A DNA stretch of 64,000 nt from Fibrobacterales bacterium. Lineage in GTDB: Bacteria > Fibrobacterota > Fibrobacteria > Fibrobacterales > JAOPTW01. Numbering within the stretch: position 1 is the stretch's first letter; each line of letters starts with the position of its first letter. Shown here in pieces: positions 10,099-20,243 of the stretch. The stretch is from contig JAOPTW010000008.1 in the NCBI GenBank assembly GCA_051532035.1, positions 1 to 64,000 on the forward strand, in the 5' to 3' direction. A program made the translations under genes and the position numbers. The notes beneath the pieces are model-generated. The model searched no databases. It saw only the letters and a list, made by a program, of their open reading frames with translations, and was not told where the DNA came from.

Positions 10099-10968
10099 CT
10101 AATCCAGTGCGGCTTCTTGATACAATGTCAATAGGTCATTTTTTAATTGAGTCACCAATTGATCCTTTATCCCCAATACAGAGTAGACCTGAGACTTCAC
10201 GACGCACCATTCAAATGAATCATTATACCCTTTATATGAGCCATACACATGTTCAGCAAGATAGTGAATAGCTGTATAGACAATCGAATCGGCATTGCCT
10301 CTATTGAACTCATATCCAAAATTTTCTGTATGGGTATGGTGCAACTCTATCCCTTTTCTTAAGAAAGGTGGTAAGTTCCAGTGATGCGCAATAAATTCTC
10401 CTACCACACAATGGTCGATGTAATAGCTCTTATCCTCCGCTTCTATGACACATACAGAATCACTAAAGCTATGTTGCAAATAACATTCTCCATATCCAGC
10501 ATTAACAGCTGCAATCGCTGGCACCGCTATATCACACACCATACTGTATGTAAAAGACTCATCGCTTGGTTTGTTGGTAATAGTATGAGCAAGGGCTGCA
10601 CTAATAAGAGAGACTCCATAGGTCTGTTTCCAGAACTCCTGTAAAAAAACATCATCAGACCTATCAAATGCATTTTTCAGTGAAAAACATAACAATAGAT
10701 TTTTAATGTTATCGAGTCCTAATAATACTATTGCTTGTTGAATCGATATAATTTCTTGGGACATTTTTAAAAAGGGCGAATTAACTGTTTTAAGTATGGC
10801 TGTGCTTATGGCTAAATCCTGGGTGATCGTTTTTGACAAATAACCAATATCAACCCCATCTTGATTCAAAGCGTGCAAAAAATTAATAAGATTCGTTGGC
10901 TTTGGAGGCATCGGAATATCTTCGATCATTTTTTTGAATAGACTACTATTTTTTATTGAAGACGTCAT
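10099..10968 (-). CDS. Stand-alone HDOD domain protein (paralog of 1625-2518)
   Basis: IPMPPKP, DLAISTAILKTVNSPF, SIQQAIVLLG, DHCVVGEFIAHHWNLP...IELHH. Confidence 0.9.
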   Translation of the reverse strand: MTSSIKNSSLFKKMIEDIPMPPKPTNLINFLHALNQDGVDIGYLSKTITQDLAISTAILKTVNSPFLKMSQEIISIQQAIVLLGLDNIKNLLLCFSLKNAFDRSDDVFLQEFWKQTYGVSLISAALAHTITNKPSDESFTYSMVCDIAVPAIAAVNAGYGECYLQHSFSDSVCVIEAEDKSYYIDHCVVGEFIAHHWNLPPFLRKGIELHHTHTENFGYEFNRGNADSIVYTAIHYLAEHVYGSYKGYNDSFEWCVVKSQVYSVLGIKDQLVTQLKNDLLTLYQEAALD

Positions 10969-11084
10969 AATAATTTCAAATCAAACCATCATCTAATATT
11001 ATACCACTAGATCCTTGTTAAAATCTACCGAATAGCTTATTCTTTATTATGAACTATTGTATGGAACGACTATCATATGAAGTT

Positions 11085-11157
11085 GGCTCGTTAGCTCAGT
11101 TGGTAGAGCAAGTGACTCTTAATCACTGGGTCGTAGGTTCGATCCCTACACGAGTCA
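11085..11157 (+). tRNA. tRNA-Lys(CTT)
   Basis: Cloverleaf: GGCTCGT/ACGAGTC acceptor, GCTC/GAGC D-arm, AGTGA-CT-CTT-AA-TCACT, GTAGG-TTCGATC-CCTAC; CCA not encoded. Confidence 0.96.
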
Positions 11158-11321
11158 TTTTAGGCAGCCTCCATTTGTGAGTTACAGTATTTTTGAGTAA
11201 ACCCGGATACACCTCATTTTTCAGCTAAATTGAGCTGATTACAGGCCCCAACTCGCCAGCTCAATTTTTTCAAAAAAATCAATATTTTATACTAAAACCC
11301 CTCTCCTATTTTCCATTTCTA

Positions 11322-11330
11322 TGATATAAT
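11322..11330 (+). promoter_or_regulatory. Extended -10 promoter of the patatin/beta-oxidation operon
   Basis: TGATATAAT about 60 bp upstream of ATG 11393. Confidence 0.5.
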
Positions 11331-11392
11331 AAAAGTGCTCATATTCTAAAAAGATAGAGCGACAAAGGGTTTTATTATTCATTAGGGAAACA

Positions 11393-12379
11393 ATGTACAA
11401 AGGGTTACGAATCGGATTAGCACTGGGTGGTGGTGGAGCTCGCGCATTTGCTCACCTTGGTATTCTCAGAATGCTCAAAAAATCAAATATCGAGGTCGAT
11501 ATCATTGCAGGCTCTTCAATGGGCTCACTTATCCCTATTGCATACATGCAGCATAGTACTTTCGATAAAACCAATACGACATTTAAACAATTTGTATTAA
11601 AATTTGCACAAGAATTTAAAAAAATGCAGTATGCTGAAGCCCAAGAAAATACTACAGTCGCTTTTCATAAACGAATTGTGAAAGGAGTTGATCAGGCATT
11701 CAAATTTTTTCATCTCGTCACCAAGCCAAATGTTGAAGATGCAACAATCATTAAAAATATTGTCAATCAATACGTACACCCTGGTAATCTCGAGACTCTT
11801 CCTCAAAAAATGTATGTCTGTACCATAGATGCTGTTACTGGGCAACAAGTTCTTATTAATAAAGGCAACATACAAGAGTCGATTATCGCTGCAACAAGCA
11901 TTGCTGGGTATTTCCCTCCAATCCCATTAGGAGAAAGACTTCTTACTGATGCACAGCAGGTATATCCTGTACCTATACAAGCGTTTTACCTCGACCCTGT
12001 CGACATTATCATTTCAATTGATGTCACCGCGGTCCCAACTCAACACTACGTCCCCAACACAGGACTTGACATGCTTTTTCGGCAGGGTGAACTCACTTAC
12101 CACCATATCAACTCTGAGCTCCACTACTGCTCTGACATTGTCATTCAACCTGACCTTAAGGGGATTCACTGGACAGATTTCCATCAACTGGATTCTATAA
12201 TGCGCGCAGGAGTTACAGCAGCCAAAGACCTCATTAGTGACATCGACCAATTAGCAAAACATAAATCAAGAATTACACCGGTAGAAAACCGCCCGTGGCA
12301 CACATTTGGCCATAGTGATCTTGAGAGAACTGTCATACGCTCATTTGAACCCTATATTTTTGGAGGCTCCAATGCATGA
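11393..12379 (+). CDS. Patatin-like phospholipase/esterase
   Basis: LALGGGGARAFAHLG oxyanion loop, GSSMG nucleophile; DGG motif reads DAQ. Confidence 0.9.
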   Translation: MYKGLRIGLALGGGGARAFAHLGILRMLKKSNIEVDIIAGSSMGSLIPIAYMQHSTFDKTNTTFKQFVLKFAQEFKKMQYAEAQENTTVAFHKRIVKGVDQAFKFFHLVTKPNVEDATIIKNIVNQYVHPGNLETLPQKMYVCTIDAVTGQQVLINKGNIQESIIAATSIAGYFPPIPLGERLLTDAQQVYPVPIQAFYLDPVDIIISIDVTAVPTQHYVPNTGLDMLFRQGELTYHHINSELHYCSDIVIQPDLKGIHWTDFHQLDSIMRAGVTAAKDLISDIDQLAKHKSRITPVENRPWHTFGHSDLERTVIRSFEPYIFGGSNA

Positions 12380-14138
12380 TTTCAATACTATACCCGAAAT
12401 GATTCAACAGGTATTAAATCAATACAGTAATTCTAAAGCACTCAATATCAAGATACTTGATCATTGGGAGAGTTACTCAACCTCAAAATTTGTTGAACGT
12501 ATTCGACGCCTTGCTCTCGGCTTTAAACAACTCGGCATTCAACCAGGTGATGGGGTCGGCATTATCTCTCGCCCCTCCCCCCAATGGCTTATGGTTGATG
12601 TCGCAATCATGATTAATAAAGCGATTTCTATTCCCATGTTCCACAATATTTCTCATGAACATTTCGATCATGAAACAAAAGATGGAAATATAAAATACCT
12701 CTTTATCGATGGAGATGAAGAGATTGAAGATCATATTAAATCAGACTTTGGACGTTTTAAAAAAGTAATCTCTAATAGTGTACAAGTTCAAGGAAATAAC
12801 ATTGTCAACATACAGGATATCCTACTTTCAGGTGATGAACTCTCTGAAAAAGAACCCGACCTCTACGCAAAAATGCGTGACCTGGTTAGCCCAGAGGATA
12901 TCGCAACAATTATCTATACCAGTGGAAGTACCGGAACCCCCAAGGGAGTTGTGATCTCACATAAAAACTTAACTATGCAAATTCATGGTTCTGCCCAACG
13001 ATTCCCTATAAACTGTCATACAGATACTATTTTAAGCTGCCTTCCACTCGCCCATGTGTTTGAACGAATGGTCATGTATTATTATGTGAGTTCAGGGGCA
13101 AGTATATACTTTGTTGATGATGTCAAGAAAGTCGGTGACTTCATGAAGGAAGTGAAGCCTACCATTATGACAATGGTACCTCGAATACTCGAAAAAGCGT
13201 ATGCCAAAATACTTGCTAAACCTACTACTGAACGTGGTATTAAAAAAATCCTCCTTAGAATAGCCATTGGCTATGCCATGCGCATCGACCTTGATCAAAC
13301 GACCTTACAGTACCGAATATTAAATAAAATAGTCTACTCCAAAATCAGAGAGGGTCTCGGTGGTCGACTCAGAATGACTATCGTAGGAGGCGCAGCACTC
13401 TTCCCTAAAATTGGACGGTTCTTTACAAACATAGGAGTCCCCGTATTCCAAGGGTATGGACTTACTGAGTGTTCACCTGTTCTTGCTGCCAACTTTCCTG
13501 GCACCAATAAGCTTGGTACAGTAGGGCACCCCTTCCCCAATGTTACCGTTAAAATATCTGATGATGGTGAAGTGATCGCTCAAGGTGAAAACCTTATGCA
13601 AGGCTACCACAACATGCCGACTGAGACAGGACAGATTATAAAAGATGGGTGGCTCCACACCGGTGACCGTGGTTCATTTGATGATGACGGGTTCCTTGTA
13701 CTCCAAGGCCGCATTAAAGAGCTCTTTAAAACATCAACAGGAAAGTATGTATCTCCCCTCCCCATTGAACACCGTCTTTGCCTCACTAAAACAATAGAAG
13801 CGGCAGCTGTTATCGCCGACAACAGGAAATTTGCCAGTTGTCTTATCTTTCCCGATTTCGAAATCATCCCACAAGTAAAGCGAAAATATCGTGCAACTAA
13901 AATGAGTGATGACGAATTTATCAATTCAAAAATTTATCGAAGCCATATCGAGGACATCATTCAACGAGTCAATAAAAAACTCGATCATTGGGAGCAGATA
14001 CAGGCCTTTACCATCATTCCTCAACCGATCTCAATTGAAACGGGTGAGCTTACTCCAACGATGAAACTCCGTCGTCATATTATTGACAAAAAGTTTAGTC
14101 AAGAAATTTCAGCCATGTACCCAGAAACAGAGGTGTAA
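12372..14138 (+). CDS. fadD: Long-chain fatty acid-CoA ligase (AMP-forming)
   Basis: IIYTSGSTGTPKGV, QGYGLTE, GWLHTGD.G, GELTPTMKLRR; GGAGG RBS before ATG 12372. Confidence 0.9.
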   Translation: MHDFNTIPEMIQQVLNQYSNSKALNIKILDHWESYSTSKFVERIRRLALGFKQLGIQPGDGVGIISRPSPQWLMVDVAIMINKAISIPMFHNISHEHFDHETKDGNIKYLFIDGDEEIEDHIKSDFGRFKKVISNSVQVQGNNIVNIQDILLSGDELSEKEPDLYAKMRDLVSPEDIATIIYTSGSTGTPKGVVISHKNLTMQIHGSAQRFPINCHTDTILSCLPLAHVFERMVMYYYVSSGASIYFVDDVKKVGDFMKEVKPTIMTMVPRILEKAYAKILAKPTTERGIKKILLRIAIGYAMRIDLDQTTLQYRILNKIVYSKIREGLGGRLRMTIVGGAALFPKIGRFFTNIGVPVFQGYGLTECSPVLAANFPGTNKLGTVGHPFPNVTVKISDDGEVIAQGENLMQGYHNMPTETGQIIKDGWLHTGDRGSFDDDGFLVLQGRIKELFKTSTGKYVSPLPIEHRLCLTKTIEAAAVIADNRKFASCLIFPDFEIIPQVKRKYRATKMSDDEFINSKIYRSHIEDIIQRVNKKLDHWEQIQAFTIIPQPISIETGELTPTMKLRRHIIDKKFSQEISAMYPETEV

Positions 14139-14140
14139 CC

Positions 14141-15436
14141 ATGAAAGAAAGAATAGCTATTATCGATGGACTTCGGACTCCCTTTTGCAAAGCGGGAACC
14201 GATTTCAATGGGACACCTGCCGATGACCTCGGAGCCCACGTCCTTAAAGAACTTTTGGAACGTATTCCTATTGATCCTCACCTCATAGATGAAGTTATTA
14301 TTGGAAACGTAGGGCAACCTTCCGACAAAGCGAATATTGCTCGGATTATAGCAATTAAAGCGGGCCTTCCTATTTCAATTCCCGCCTATACCGTCAACCG
14401 AAACTGTGCTTCTGGTTTTGAATCACTCACCACTGCAACCAACAAAATTCTTGCAGGCGAAAGTTCTATTATGATTGTGGGGGGGGCTGAATCAATGAGT
14501 AATTACCCACTCCTCTTTAATAGTGCAATGACCAAGTTTTTTGGTTCACTCCAAAAAGCAAAAGGAACTCTTGCAAAGTTAAAAACCCTATCAACATTTA
14601 AACTTTCTCATCTCAAACCCGACATCGCAGTCATTCAAGGACTGACAGACCCTACCTGCTCTCTCAACATGGGGCAAACAGCCGAGGTACTCGTTCGAGA
14701 ATTTGGTATAACTCGAGAAGAACAAGATCAGTATGCCATGGAGAGCCACCATAAAGCAGCAAAAGCCCAGGAAAAAGGAATACTCAATGAGGAACTGATC
14801 CCCACTCCCAATCCACCGAGTTACAAAAACCTTATTGATCGCGATACTTGCATACGAGCGGAACAAAACATGAAAGCGCTCGGCAAACTCCGCCCTGTTT
14901 TTGAGCCAGTGAGTGGTTCAGTCACACCTGGAAACGCCTGTCCACTAACCGATGGTGCGGGTATGCTCCTCATCATGACGGAATCTCGGGCTAAAGAACT
15001 CAACCTAACCCCTTTAGGTTACTTAAGTGATTACAGCTATACTGGACTTCCTCCAAACAGAATGGGACTCGGCCCTGTGTACTCGACAGCAAAACTCCTA
15101 CAAAAAACAGGACTCTCGATTTTTGACATAGACCTTATTGAGATGAACGAAGCATTTGCATCACAAATTATCGCAAACCTTAAAGCCTTTGAATCTGATG
15201 ATTTTTCTCAGCACTTCCTCCACTCCGACACTGCAATTGGTGCAATTGACCCCAACATTGTTAATGTTAATGGTGGCGCTATTGCTATCGGTCATCCCGT
15301 TGGGGCAACGGGAACGCGACTCGTTCTTACCCTCTTAAAAGAATTAAAGCGAAGAGGAGCCAAACGAGGTATTGCAACACTTTGTATTGGTGGCGGACAA
15401 GGCGGAGCACTTTTACTGGAGGTTGATCATGAGTAA
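14141..15436 (+). CDS. 3-ketoacyl-CoA thiolase (FadI/FadA type)
   Basis: NRNCASG catalytic Cys, EMNEAFA, GGAIAIGHPVGATG, LCIGGGQG. Confidence 0.93.
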   Translation: MKERIAIIDGLRTPFCKAGTDFNGTPADDLGAHVLKELLERIPIDPHLIDEVIIGNVGQPSDKANIARIIAIKAGLPISIPAYTVNRNCASGFESLTTATNKILAGESSIMIVGGAESMSNYPLLFNSAMTKFFGSLQKAKGTLAKLKTLSTFKLSHLKPDIAVIQGLTDPTCSLNMGQTAEVLVREFGITREEQDQYAMESHHKAAKAQEKGILNEELIPTPNPPSYKNLIDRDTCIRAEQNMKALGKLRPVFEPVSGSVTPGNACPLTDGAGMLLIMTESRAKELNLTPLGYLSDYSYTGLPPNRMGLGPVYSTAKLLQKTGLSIFDIDLIEMNEAFASQIIANLKAFESDDFSQHFLHSDTAIGAIDPNIVNVNGGAIAIGHPVGATGTRLVLTLLKELKRRGAKRGIATLCIGGGQGGALLLEVDHE

Positions 15437-17570
15437 CGTGCAACTCGACATTGCTGATTCAGGACTCGCAGTCATCACCTTTAATCAGGGAGGCTCTCGC
15501 GTAAATACACTCGGAAGCGCTGTCCTTAAAGAACTTAAAACCATACTCGAAAACATCAAGGGGCGCTCTACCATTAAGGTTGTCGCATTTGCATCTGCAA
15601 AAGAGGGCTGCTTTATAGCAGGTGCCGACATTGCAGAGATAAAAGATATTGTAAATCCAAGTGATGCTATGCAAAAAGCACACTATGGGCAAGACATTTG
15701 CAATCTCATTGCATCCCTACCTTTTATTACTGTTGCCCTCATTGATGGTGCCTGTTTAGGTGGTGGCATGGAACTCGCACTTGCGTGTGATCTCCGTATC
15801 GCTTCAGATAACCCCAAATGTAAACTGGGTCTCCCTGAAGTATCCCTTGGCATTATTCCTGGCTTTGGCGGTACCCAGCGGCTCCCACAGATAGCCGGCC
15901 TCACTACTGCTCTTGATCTTATACTTGGTGCAAAAGTATTTGACACAAAAAAAGGGTACCGATTTAAAATCATTGACACCTACTTCAAGAAGGAATTTTT
16001 TAAAGATGCATCTCAAAAACTCATACAAGCCCTTCTCGAAGATCCTTCGTTCTTAATAAAATCCCAAAAGAGACGGGCAAAGAAACCCCTCCTACAAAAG
16101 GTTTTTGAACGTACATCTATTGGACGAAAAATAGTATATAGTAAAACAAAGAAGCTACTCCTTTCAAAAACAAAAGGTCAGTATCCCGCACCACTCGAGG
16201 CCCTTGCAGTTATTGAACGAACGTATCCTTCTTCTTCAAATGGTTATACTATAGAGCGGGAGCATTTTGCAAAAGTTGCAGTAACTGATATTTCAAAAAA
16301 TCTCATACAAGTCTTCTTTACCTCTGAAGCACTCAAAAAAGAGAGCGGTGTTTCCGAAGAGGTTGAAATAAAACATGTTGATTCGGCCGCTGTCATTGGT
16401 GCAGGTATCATGGGTGGTGGAATTGCCTGGGCTCTCAGTATGAAAGACATCTCTGTTCGGATGAAAGACATCACATGGGATGCAATAAATATTGGTTTCA
16501 GTTCTGCAGCAAAGATGTATAGTCAACTCATACGGATTCGCAAACTCAACAAACACCAAGTGGCCGTTAAAATGCAACACATTGGTGGGTCTTTAGACTT
16601 CACAGGTTTCTCTGATCGTGATATTGCTATAGAAGCTGTTGTTGAAAATATGGAGATTAAAAAGAAGGTTCTTAAAGAGTGTGAAGAGCACCTCCCTCCT
16701 AATGCAATTCTCGCATCCAACACTTCATCTCTCTCCATAACCGAAATGGCATCGGCACTTGATCGGCCATCAAAATTTGTCGGCATGCACTTTTTTAACC
16801 CTGTAAATAGAATGCCCCTTGTAGAAGTGATCGCTGGAAAAGAGAGCTCGAACTCTGTAATTGCATCAGTGGTAACCCTCAGTAAAAAACTGGGTAAAAC
16901 CCCAATTGTCGTGCAAGACTGCCCCGGTTTTTTGGTTAACCGTATATTAATCCCCTACCTCAATGAAGCAGTTAAAATTTGGCAGGAGGGTGGCGACATT
17001 GAACAGATCGATGCCACAATCCTTGACTATGGCATGCCTATGGGCCCCTTTACGCTCACTGATGAAGTTGGGATAGACATAGGATACCACGTTGCAAAAA
17101 TTCTCGAAGAGGGGTATGGTGAGCGTATGAAGACTGCTCCCATTTTTGACTCACTCATGGCTAACCCTTCTCTCCGTGGTAAAAAAAGCGGTAAAGGCTT
17201 CTATCTCCATTCAGGAAAAAAGCAATCGATTAATCCTGAGGTGAGAGCAATTCGAAACGAATATATTACCACTACATCACCATTAGACACCGACACTATC
17301 ATAAAACGCTGTATTTATTCTATGATAAATGAATCTGCACGTTGTATCGAAGAAGGCATTGTACAGAATCCTGAATATCTCGATATGGCAATGATACTTG
17401 GATCCGGTTTTCCACCATTCCGCGGTGGCCCCCTGAGATACGCCGATAGTATTGGTCTTAAAAAAATTGTTTCAGAACTTGAGCTCTTAACTCGGCAATA
17501 CGGCTCTCGATTTGAACCTGCACCACTTTTAACAGAAAAAGCAAACAAAAACCAAACCTTTTACCAGTGA
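15429..17570 (+). CDS. Multifunctional enoyl-CoA hydratase / 3-hydroxyacyl-CoA dehydrogenase (FadJ/FadB type)
   Basis: FIAGADI, CLGGGMELALAC, GLPEVSLGIIPGFGGTQRLP, GAGIMGGG, SNTSSL, GMHFFNPV. Confidence 0.93.
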   Translation: MSNVQLDIADSGLAVITFNQGGSRVNTLGSAVLKELKTILENIKGRSTIKVVAFASAKEGCFIAGADIAEIKDIVNPSDAMQKAHYGQDICNLIASLPFITVALIDGACLGGGMELALACDLRIASDNPKCKLGLPEVSLGIIPGFGGTQRLPQIAGLTTALDLILGAKVFDTKKGYRFKIIDTYFKKEFFKDASQKLIQALLEDPSFLIKSQKRRAKKPLLQKVFERTSIGRKIVYSKTKKLLLSKTKGQYPAPLEALAVIERTYPSSSNGYTIEREHFAKVAVTDISKNLIQVFFTSEALKKESGVSEEVEIKHVDSAAVIGAGIMGGGIAWALSMKDISVRMKDITWDAINIGFSSAAKMYSQLIRIRKLNKHQVAVKMQHIGGSLDFTGFSDRDIAIEAVVENMEIKKKVLKECEEHLPPNAILASNTSSLSITEMASALDRPSKFVGMHFFNPVNRMPLVEVIAGKESSNSVIASVVTLSKKLGKTPIVVQDCPGFLVNRILIPYLNEAVKIWQEGGDIEQIDATILDYGMPMGPFTLTDEVGIDIGYHVAKILEEGYGERMKTAPIFDSLMANPSLRGKKSGKGFYLHSGKKQSINPEVRAIRNEYITTTSPLDTDTIIKRCIYSMINESARCIEEGIVQNPEYLDMAMILGSGFPPFRGGPLRYADSIGLKKIVSELELLTRQYGSRFEPAPLLTEKANKNQTFYQ

Positions 17571-17577
17571 GGACCCT

Positions 17578-19497
17578 ATGTCTGACAACACAAATGAACC
17601 ACAAGAAATCGAAGATCCAGAAATGATCATTGACACCTCACATATGTCTGAAGGTAAAGCATCAGCACTCAACCTAACTGAAGATGCCCGTGAAGTGGCT
17701 TGGAAAAGCGCAAGCTTTGCAGGCAATATATTTATGGGCAACCTCGACCTCGATGCGATTTTCCCTTTCCCTATCCAAAGTGAAAGCGAGCGCCACATAG
17801 GGGATGCTCTCGTAAAAGAGGTCTCCAAATTTTTAAAGGAGAATCTCGACGCCGAAGAGGTAGATGAGACGAGAACAATTCCCGACGAAATTATCGAAGG
17901 ATTCAAAAAGATGAATCTCTTTGCGATGAAGGTGCCCAAAGAGTATAACGGCCTGGGTCTCTCACAGGTCAATTATGGTCGTGTCATGGCTGCGATCACA
18001 TCATGGTGTGCATCGACTGCTGTTTTTATCTCAGCCCATCAATCGATAGGGATTCCACAACCTCTAAAACTTTTTGGGACTGAAGCACAGAAAAAAAAGT
18101 ATCTCCCTCAATTTGCTGAAGGTAAAATTTCCGCTTTTGCACTCACTGAGCCAGGTGTTGGGTCTGACCCCGCTCAAATGAAAACCACTGCGGTGCTCAA
18201 TGAAGAGGGAACTCACTATCTCATTAATGGTACAAAACTCTGGTGTACCAATGGACCCATTGCCGACCTCATGGTAGTGATGGCGCAGACAGAGCCAAAA
18301 GAGGTTAATGGCAATGAGATAAAACAGATTACTGCCTTTATTGTTGAAAAAGCCTATCCCGGTATTCAAGTGACGCATCGCTGCGATTTTATGGGTATTC
18401 GAGCTATTCAAAATGGACTCATGACTTTTACCGATGTTACCGTACCAGTCGACAATATTATCTGGGGCAAAGGCAAAGGACTCAAGCTTGCTCTTGCAAC
18501 ACTCAATACAGGGCGCCTTACCATTCCCGCTTCAAGTGTCGGCATGGCTAAACAGTGCCTCAGTTATATGCGCCGCTGGGGCAACAAACGAAAACAGTGG
18601 GGTAATCCTATAGGAGAGCATGAGGCTGGAGCACAAAAAATATCTTTTGTCGCATCAACCACCTTTGCACTCGAAGCCGTATCACTCCTCACCTCAGCAT
18701 GGGCAGATGACCCCGACAAAGATATCCGTATAGAAGCCGCAATGGCAAAACTATGGTCTACAGAACGTTCATGGGAACTTATTGATACTGCTCTGCAATT
18801 CCGTGGAGGACGCGGCTATGAAAAAGCTTCCTCACTCAAAGCACGAGGAGAAGACCCATTCCCTATAGAGAGGATGCTTCGTGACTGTCGCATTAATCGA
18901 ATTATCGAAGGTACAACAGATATAATGCAACTGTTCTTGGCACGAGAAGCAATGGACCCTCATCTAAAAATTGCCGCAGACCTCATTAAAAAGCATGGAC
19001 CAAAAAACAAAAAACTCCATGCCGGTGTCCAACTTGCATCCTTTTATGCAAAATGGTATCCCAAACAGTGGATCAACTCCAGTCTCTGGAATAGCCACAC
19101 CGACAAAGGAAAACTTGCGAAACACTATAAGTTTGTAGAGTCCACCAGCCATAAATTAGCTCGAACAATTTTCCATTACATGGGCCTCTATCAAGAAAAA
19201 CTTGAAAGCAAACAAATGGTACTAGGGCGACTTATGGATATTGGCACTGAGCTCTTTGTTATTGCAACAACCTGTTCATACGCAATTTCACTTTTTGAGA
19301 AAAACGGCGATGATATGACTCCACTCTATTTAGCTGATGTCTATTCTCTCGACGCAGAGAATAGAGTTGCCAAACTCTTTGATGATCTTTCTGACAACTT
19401 TGACCATAAACGGGTTAAACTGGCAGCGAGTGTTCTCGGAGAAGATATTAGCTGGCTTGAAGATGGCGTTATCTGGACTGATAGCGCTGAGGAATAA
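17578..19497 (+). CDS. Acyl-CoA dehydrogenase (long, VLCAD/ACAD9-like C-terminal extension)
   Basis: FALTEPGVGSD, NGTKLWCTNG, LNTGRL, RDCRINRIIEGT. Confidence 0.92.
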   Translation: MSDNTNEPQEIEDPEMIIDTSHMSEGKASALNLTEDAREVAWKSASFAGNIFMGNLDLDAIFPFPIQSESERHIGDALVKEVSKFLKENLDAEEVDETRTIPDEIIEGFKKMNLFAMKVPKEYNGLGLSQVNYGRVMAAITSWCASTAVFISAHQSIGIPQPLKLFGTEAQKKKYLPQFAEGKISAFALTEPGVGSDPAQMKTTAVLNEEGTHYLINGTKLWCTNGPIADLMVVMAQTEPKEVNGNEIKQITAFIVEKAYPGIQVTHRCDFMGIRAIQNGLMTFTDVTVPVDNIIWGKGKGLKLALATLNTGRLTIPASSVGMAKQCLSYMRRWGNKRKQWGNPIGEHEAGAQKISFVASTTFALEAVSLLTSAWADDPDKDIRIEAAMAKLWSTERSWELIDTALQFRGGRGYEKASSLKARGEDPFPIERMLRDCRINRIIEGTTDIMQLFLAREAMDPHLKIAADLIKKHGPKNKKLHAGVQLASFYAKWYPKQWINSSLWNSHTDKGKLAKHYKFVESTSHKLARTIFHYMGLYQEKLESKQMVLGRLMDIGTELFVIATTCSYAISLFEKNGDDMTPLYLADVYSLDAENRVAKLFDDLSDNFDHKRVKLAASVLGEDISWLEDGVIWTDSAEE

Positions 19498-19529
19498 CCT
19501 CTAAAATTTAGTACTTTTTAGTGGTTTTT

Positions 19530-19566
19530 AAGGAGACCTTCAATCATTTGAAGGTCTCCTTTTTTT
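19530..19566 (+). terminator. Terminator of beta-oxidation operon
   Basis: AAGGAGACCTTCAA-TCAT-TTGAAGGTCTCCTT + T run. Confidence 0.9.
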
Positions 19567-19806
19567 ATTGAGGAGTATATTTCACGCCCGAGTAGCCCAT
19601 TAAATAGTGATAAAACCCTGATTATTCTATGCTATCATGTGAATAATACACAAGCGTATTTATGGCAAGCCTATTTATAACAAAAAGATTAAAAAGTCTA
19701 TTTTTTAATCTTTTTGGCCATTTTTTGCAAAAAACAGATGAAAAGAAGTTATTGATTACAACTTTGCTATATTTAAAATCGCTATTTAATTCATAATGAA
19801 TGTCGA

Positions 19807-20229
19807 ATGAACAACGAAAACAACATTTGCAGAGAAGGTATTGTTAATTCTGTAACAGGCCTAAGTGTTGCGGTCACAATAGTTCAACCCGCCGCTTGTG
19901 AAACTTGTCAAGCCAAGTCAGTTTGCAATTCAGCAGAGTCCACCGAAAAAGTTATTGATGCCCTCGCAAAAGAGACCCTTATTCCGGGTGAACGAGTCAT
20001 ATTAGAAATGAATGAAAAGCAGGGTTGGATTGCAGTACTTTATACATTTATTATTCCCTTTTTCTGTATGCTTACAGGGCTCATTATCACCTATGTCCTA
20101 TCGAACAATGAATCATTCGCTGCCCTTATCAGCTTAGCTACTCTTGTTCCATACTACAGTTTACTCTTCCTGTTTAAAAAACAGATTACCAAAAATTTTG
20201 TCTTTACCGCCAAAAAGAAAACACCGTAA
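19807..20229 (+). CDS. rseC: RseC/MucC family protein
   Basis: EGIV..V.....V.....AACETCQAKSVC then two TM helices; first gene of rnf operon. Confidence 0.85.
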   Translation: MNNENNICREGIVNSVTGLSVAVTIVQPAACETCQAKSVCNSAESTEKVIDALAKETLIPGERVILEMNEKQGWIAVLYTFIIPFFCMLTGLIITYVLSNNESFAALISLATLVPYYSLLFLFKKQITKNFVFTAKKKTP

Positions 20230-20243
20230 GAAAAGGAAACGCC

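Noticed and set aside
11334..11363. Another copy of the N9 palindrome before the patatin gene
   Set aside because: Left arm AGTGCTCA matches but the partner GAGCGAC is 16 bp away, not 9
11085..19566. Genomic island integrated at tRNA-Lys
   Set aside because: No integrase and no duplicated tRNA 3' end seen
19715..19730. Sigma54 promoter before rseC (TGGCCATTTTTTGC)
   Set aside because: GG-to-GC spacing is one base short of the strict -24/-12 requirement
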